NCBI RefSeq assembly: GCF_006345805.1
Contig: NW_021836921.1
Location: forward strand, 1-21,726
From: Octopus sinensis
Lineage: Eukaryota
Length of the DNA stretch: 21,726 nucleotides
Direction: 5' to 3'
Under the pieces are notes generated by a model that ran no database searches, was not told the DNA's origin, and saw only the letters and a program-made list of their open reading frames with translations. Below are positions 20,287 to 21,726 of this stretch, one piece after another. Every line of letters begins with the position of its first letter. Within the stretch, counting starts at the first letter, position 1. The position numbers and the translations under genes are program-made.

Positions 20287-20600
20287 CGACACCATAAATT
20301 TCACAAGCTGTTCAACAGAAATGAGCATTAAGAGGAATTACAATTGAATGGAAATTATCTTCAAGAGCCACACAGGGCCAAAAATGCCGAAACTGGCATA
20401 GAATGAACTGATTCGAATCAATTGGGGGGGGGGGGGAAACGGTCTCCTAAAAGGAAAAAGCCGAAAGAAAAGAATTGTATTCTGAGAGGATGTCTCCATC
20501 AGCGAGAATACATCGAAGTACTATATAAGGCACTCTTCAAGAATTATTTGCAACAAACTGTCAACGGTATCAGAGAAACATATCTCTTCGTTCAAAGCAT
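20287..20600 (+). pseudogene. Decayed Penelope-like element ORF fragment (RT C-terminus, linker, start of GIY-YIG endonuclease)
   Basis: Across frameshifts: RHHKFHKLFNRN/SIKRNYN*MEIIFKSH..KEKNCILRGCL..VLYKALF..QTVNGIRET. Collinear with the recalled PLE motifs HKLHKIFNRNT.K.SYSCM.N...II..HN, K.NCPL.G.CL...V.YKA.V and .TYIG.TET. Confidence 0.62.
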
Positions 20601-20680
20601 ATTTGGGAATTGAAAAGAAAGAGGGAGACCCGGTATATCTGATGTGCTGTATCAGATAAAATATAGGTATTTAAGAATGT

Positions 20681-20901
20681 GTGGAGGCACAATAGCCCAG
20701 TGGTTAGGGCAGCGGAATCTCGGTCGGAGGATCGCGGTTTCGATTCCTAGACCGAGCGTTGTGTGTGTTTATTGAGCGAAAACACCTAAAAGCTCCACGA
20801 GGCTCCGGCAGGGGGTGGTGTCGACCCCTGCTGTACTCTTTCGCCACAACTTTGTCCCACTCTTTCTTCCTGTTTCTTGAGTAACACTGCGATGGACTGG
20901 C
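20681..20901 (+). mobile_element. tRNA-derived SINE, family C, intact head, 3'-truncated
   Basis: A-box-like TAGCCCAGTGG and B-box-like GGTTTCGATTCC. Matches 2548-2728. Ends in ctgcgatggactggc (V-SINE-domain-like, recalled). Confidence 0.88.
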
Positions 20902-21097
20902 TGTTAATTTAATATATGGACAACAAATTATGCAAGTTCTGACCTCCGATTCTCTATACTGCTATATTTGATGGGCTTATAAGGGCTCTAGACACGTAGT
21001 TCTGTGACCAGCTAGTGATATTCTCTTCAATCTTTCTTTTCGAACAACGTGGAACCTCTTTGTACGGCAGGGCATGCAGGACTTTCATACATTCATA

Positions 21098-21221
21098 ATT
21101 TTTTTTTCGTCGTTTTCAAGCCTAGCCAGGCTCATGGGCCCCGGTTTCCCGGTTTCTGTGGTGTATGTATTCCCCCCAGCCTGACGGGACTCCAGTCCAT
21201 CGCAGCGTTACTCAAGAAACA
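21098..21221 (-). mobile_element. 3' tail of SINE family C in inverted orientation
   Basis: The reverse complement reads tgtttcttgagtaacgctgcgatggactggagtcccgtcaggctgggggg..gaaaccgggaaaccggggcccatgagcctggctaggcttgaaaa..A-rich. Its first 30 nt match 20871-20900 at 29/30. Confidence 0.8.
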
Positions 21222-21526
21222 TACTCTCTATTGCCAGCGGATGTCTCTAAATAGAAAAGAAATTCGAGTCAGGGCATTTACCATTTACTCTTTTGCAGTC
21301 TGCAGAAAAAAATACGTAGAAAACAGCCGTTTTTTTCTTTCTTTTGATAGTGTGATTATCCTCTCATTAACACAGTTTCCGTTGAATCCCTGAATGTTTC
21401 ACGAGATTTTTATACGAAGATATCGAATGCCCAAACCGAATTTGCAACACACATTGCACATGACGCCGCTTTACGCTATATAATTGTGATGCATTCCACA
21501 ATAAAACGGTGGATTTATATCATAAA

Positions 21527-21726
21527 CTAGCAGTATCGCCCGGCGTTGCTCGTGTTTGTAAGGGAAATAACTATATAAGCATTTTTAGAGAGTTATAGCC
21601 AAAAAATAGCAAAAAAATGCGTTAAAAATGGAAAAAAAATGATGGTAATTTTTTTTTAAATCGTTGACTCATCATAGACATTTTTAGAGAATTACTTCCC
21701 TTATATAATAGCGAAAAAATGCATTA
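21527..21726 (-). mobile_element. Second non-autonomous Helitron copy (3' end; runs off the window)
   Basis: ctagcagtatcgcccggcgttgctcg.gtttgtaagggaaataactatataagcatttttagagagtta is shared with 2975-3043. Internal ~99 bp duplication (21580 and 21679). Confidence 0.88.

Overview
AT-rich, extremely microsatellite-dense eukaryotic (animal) genomic DNA, mostly intronic or intergenic. The repeat families resemble those I associate with octopus/coleoid cephalopod genomes; this is recalled, not database-checked. Almost every ORF in the supplied track is a microsatellite or SINE translation artefact. The window holds several tRNA-derived SINE families (about 12 copies, including a head-to-tail tetramer at 4395-5210 inside a decayed LINE RT region), two non-autonomous Helitron copies, a Tigger/pogo transposase fossil and a Penelope-like ORF fossil. 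Highlights: (1) an intact minimal type I hammerhead ribozyme on the minus strand (12813-12863); (2) a degenerate ~14-unit, 42-48 bp array whose best-conserved part is GACCACATGACTTCCGGT (9880-10530); (3) a candidate terminal coding exon with a GPI-signal-like tail (8056-8186) followed by mutually complementary (CAT)n/(GAT)n tracts; (4) two foldback/MITE-like elements (10637-10886, 15139-15255). No complete protein-coding gene, rRNA, genuine tRNA or CRISPR array is supported.
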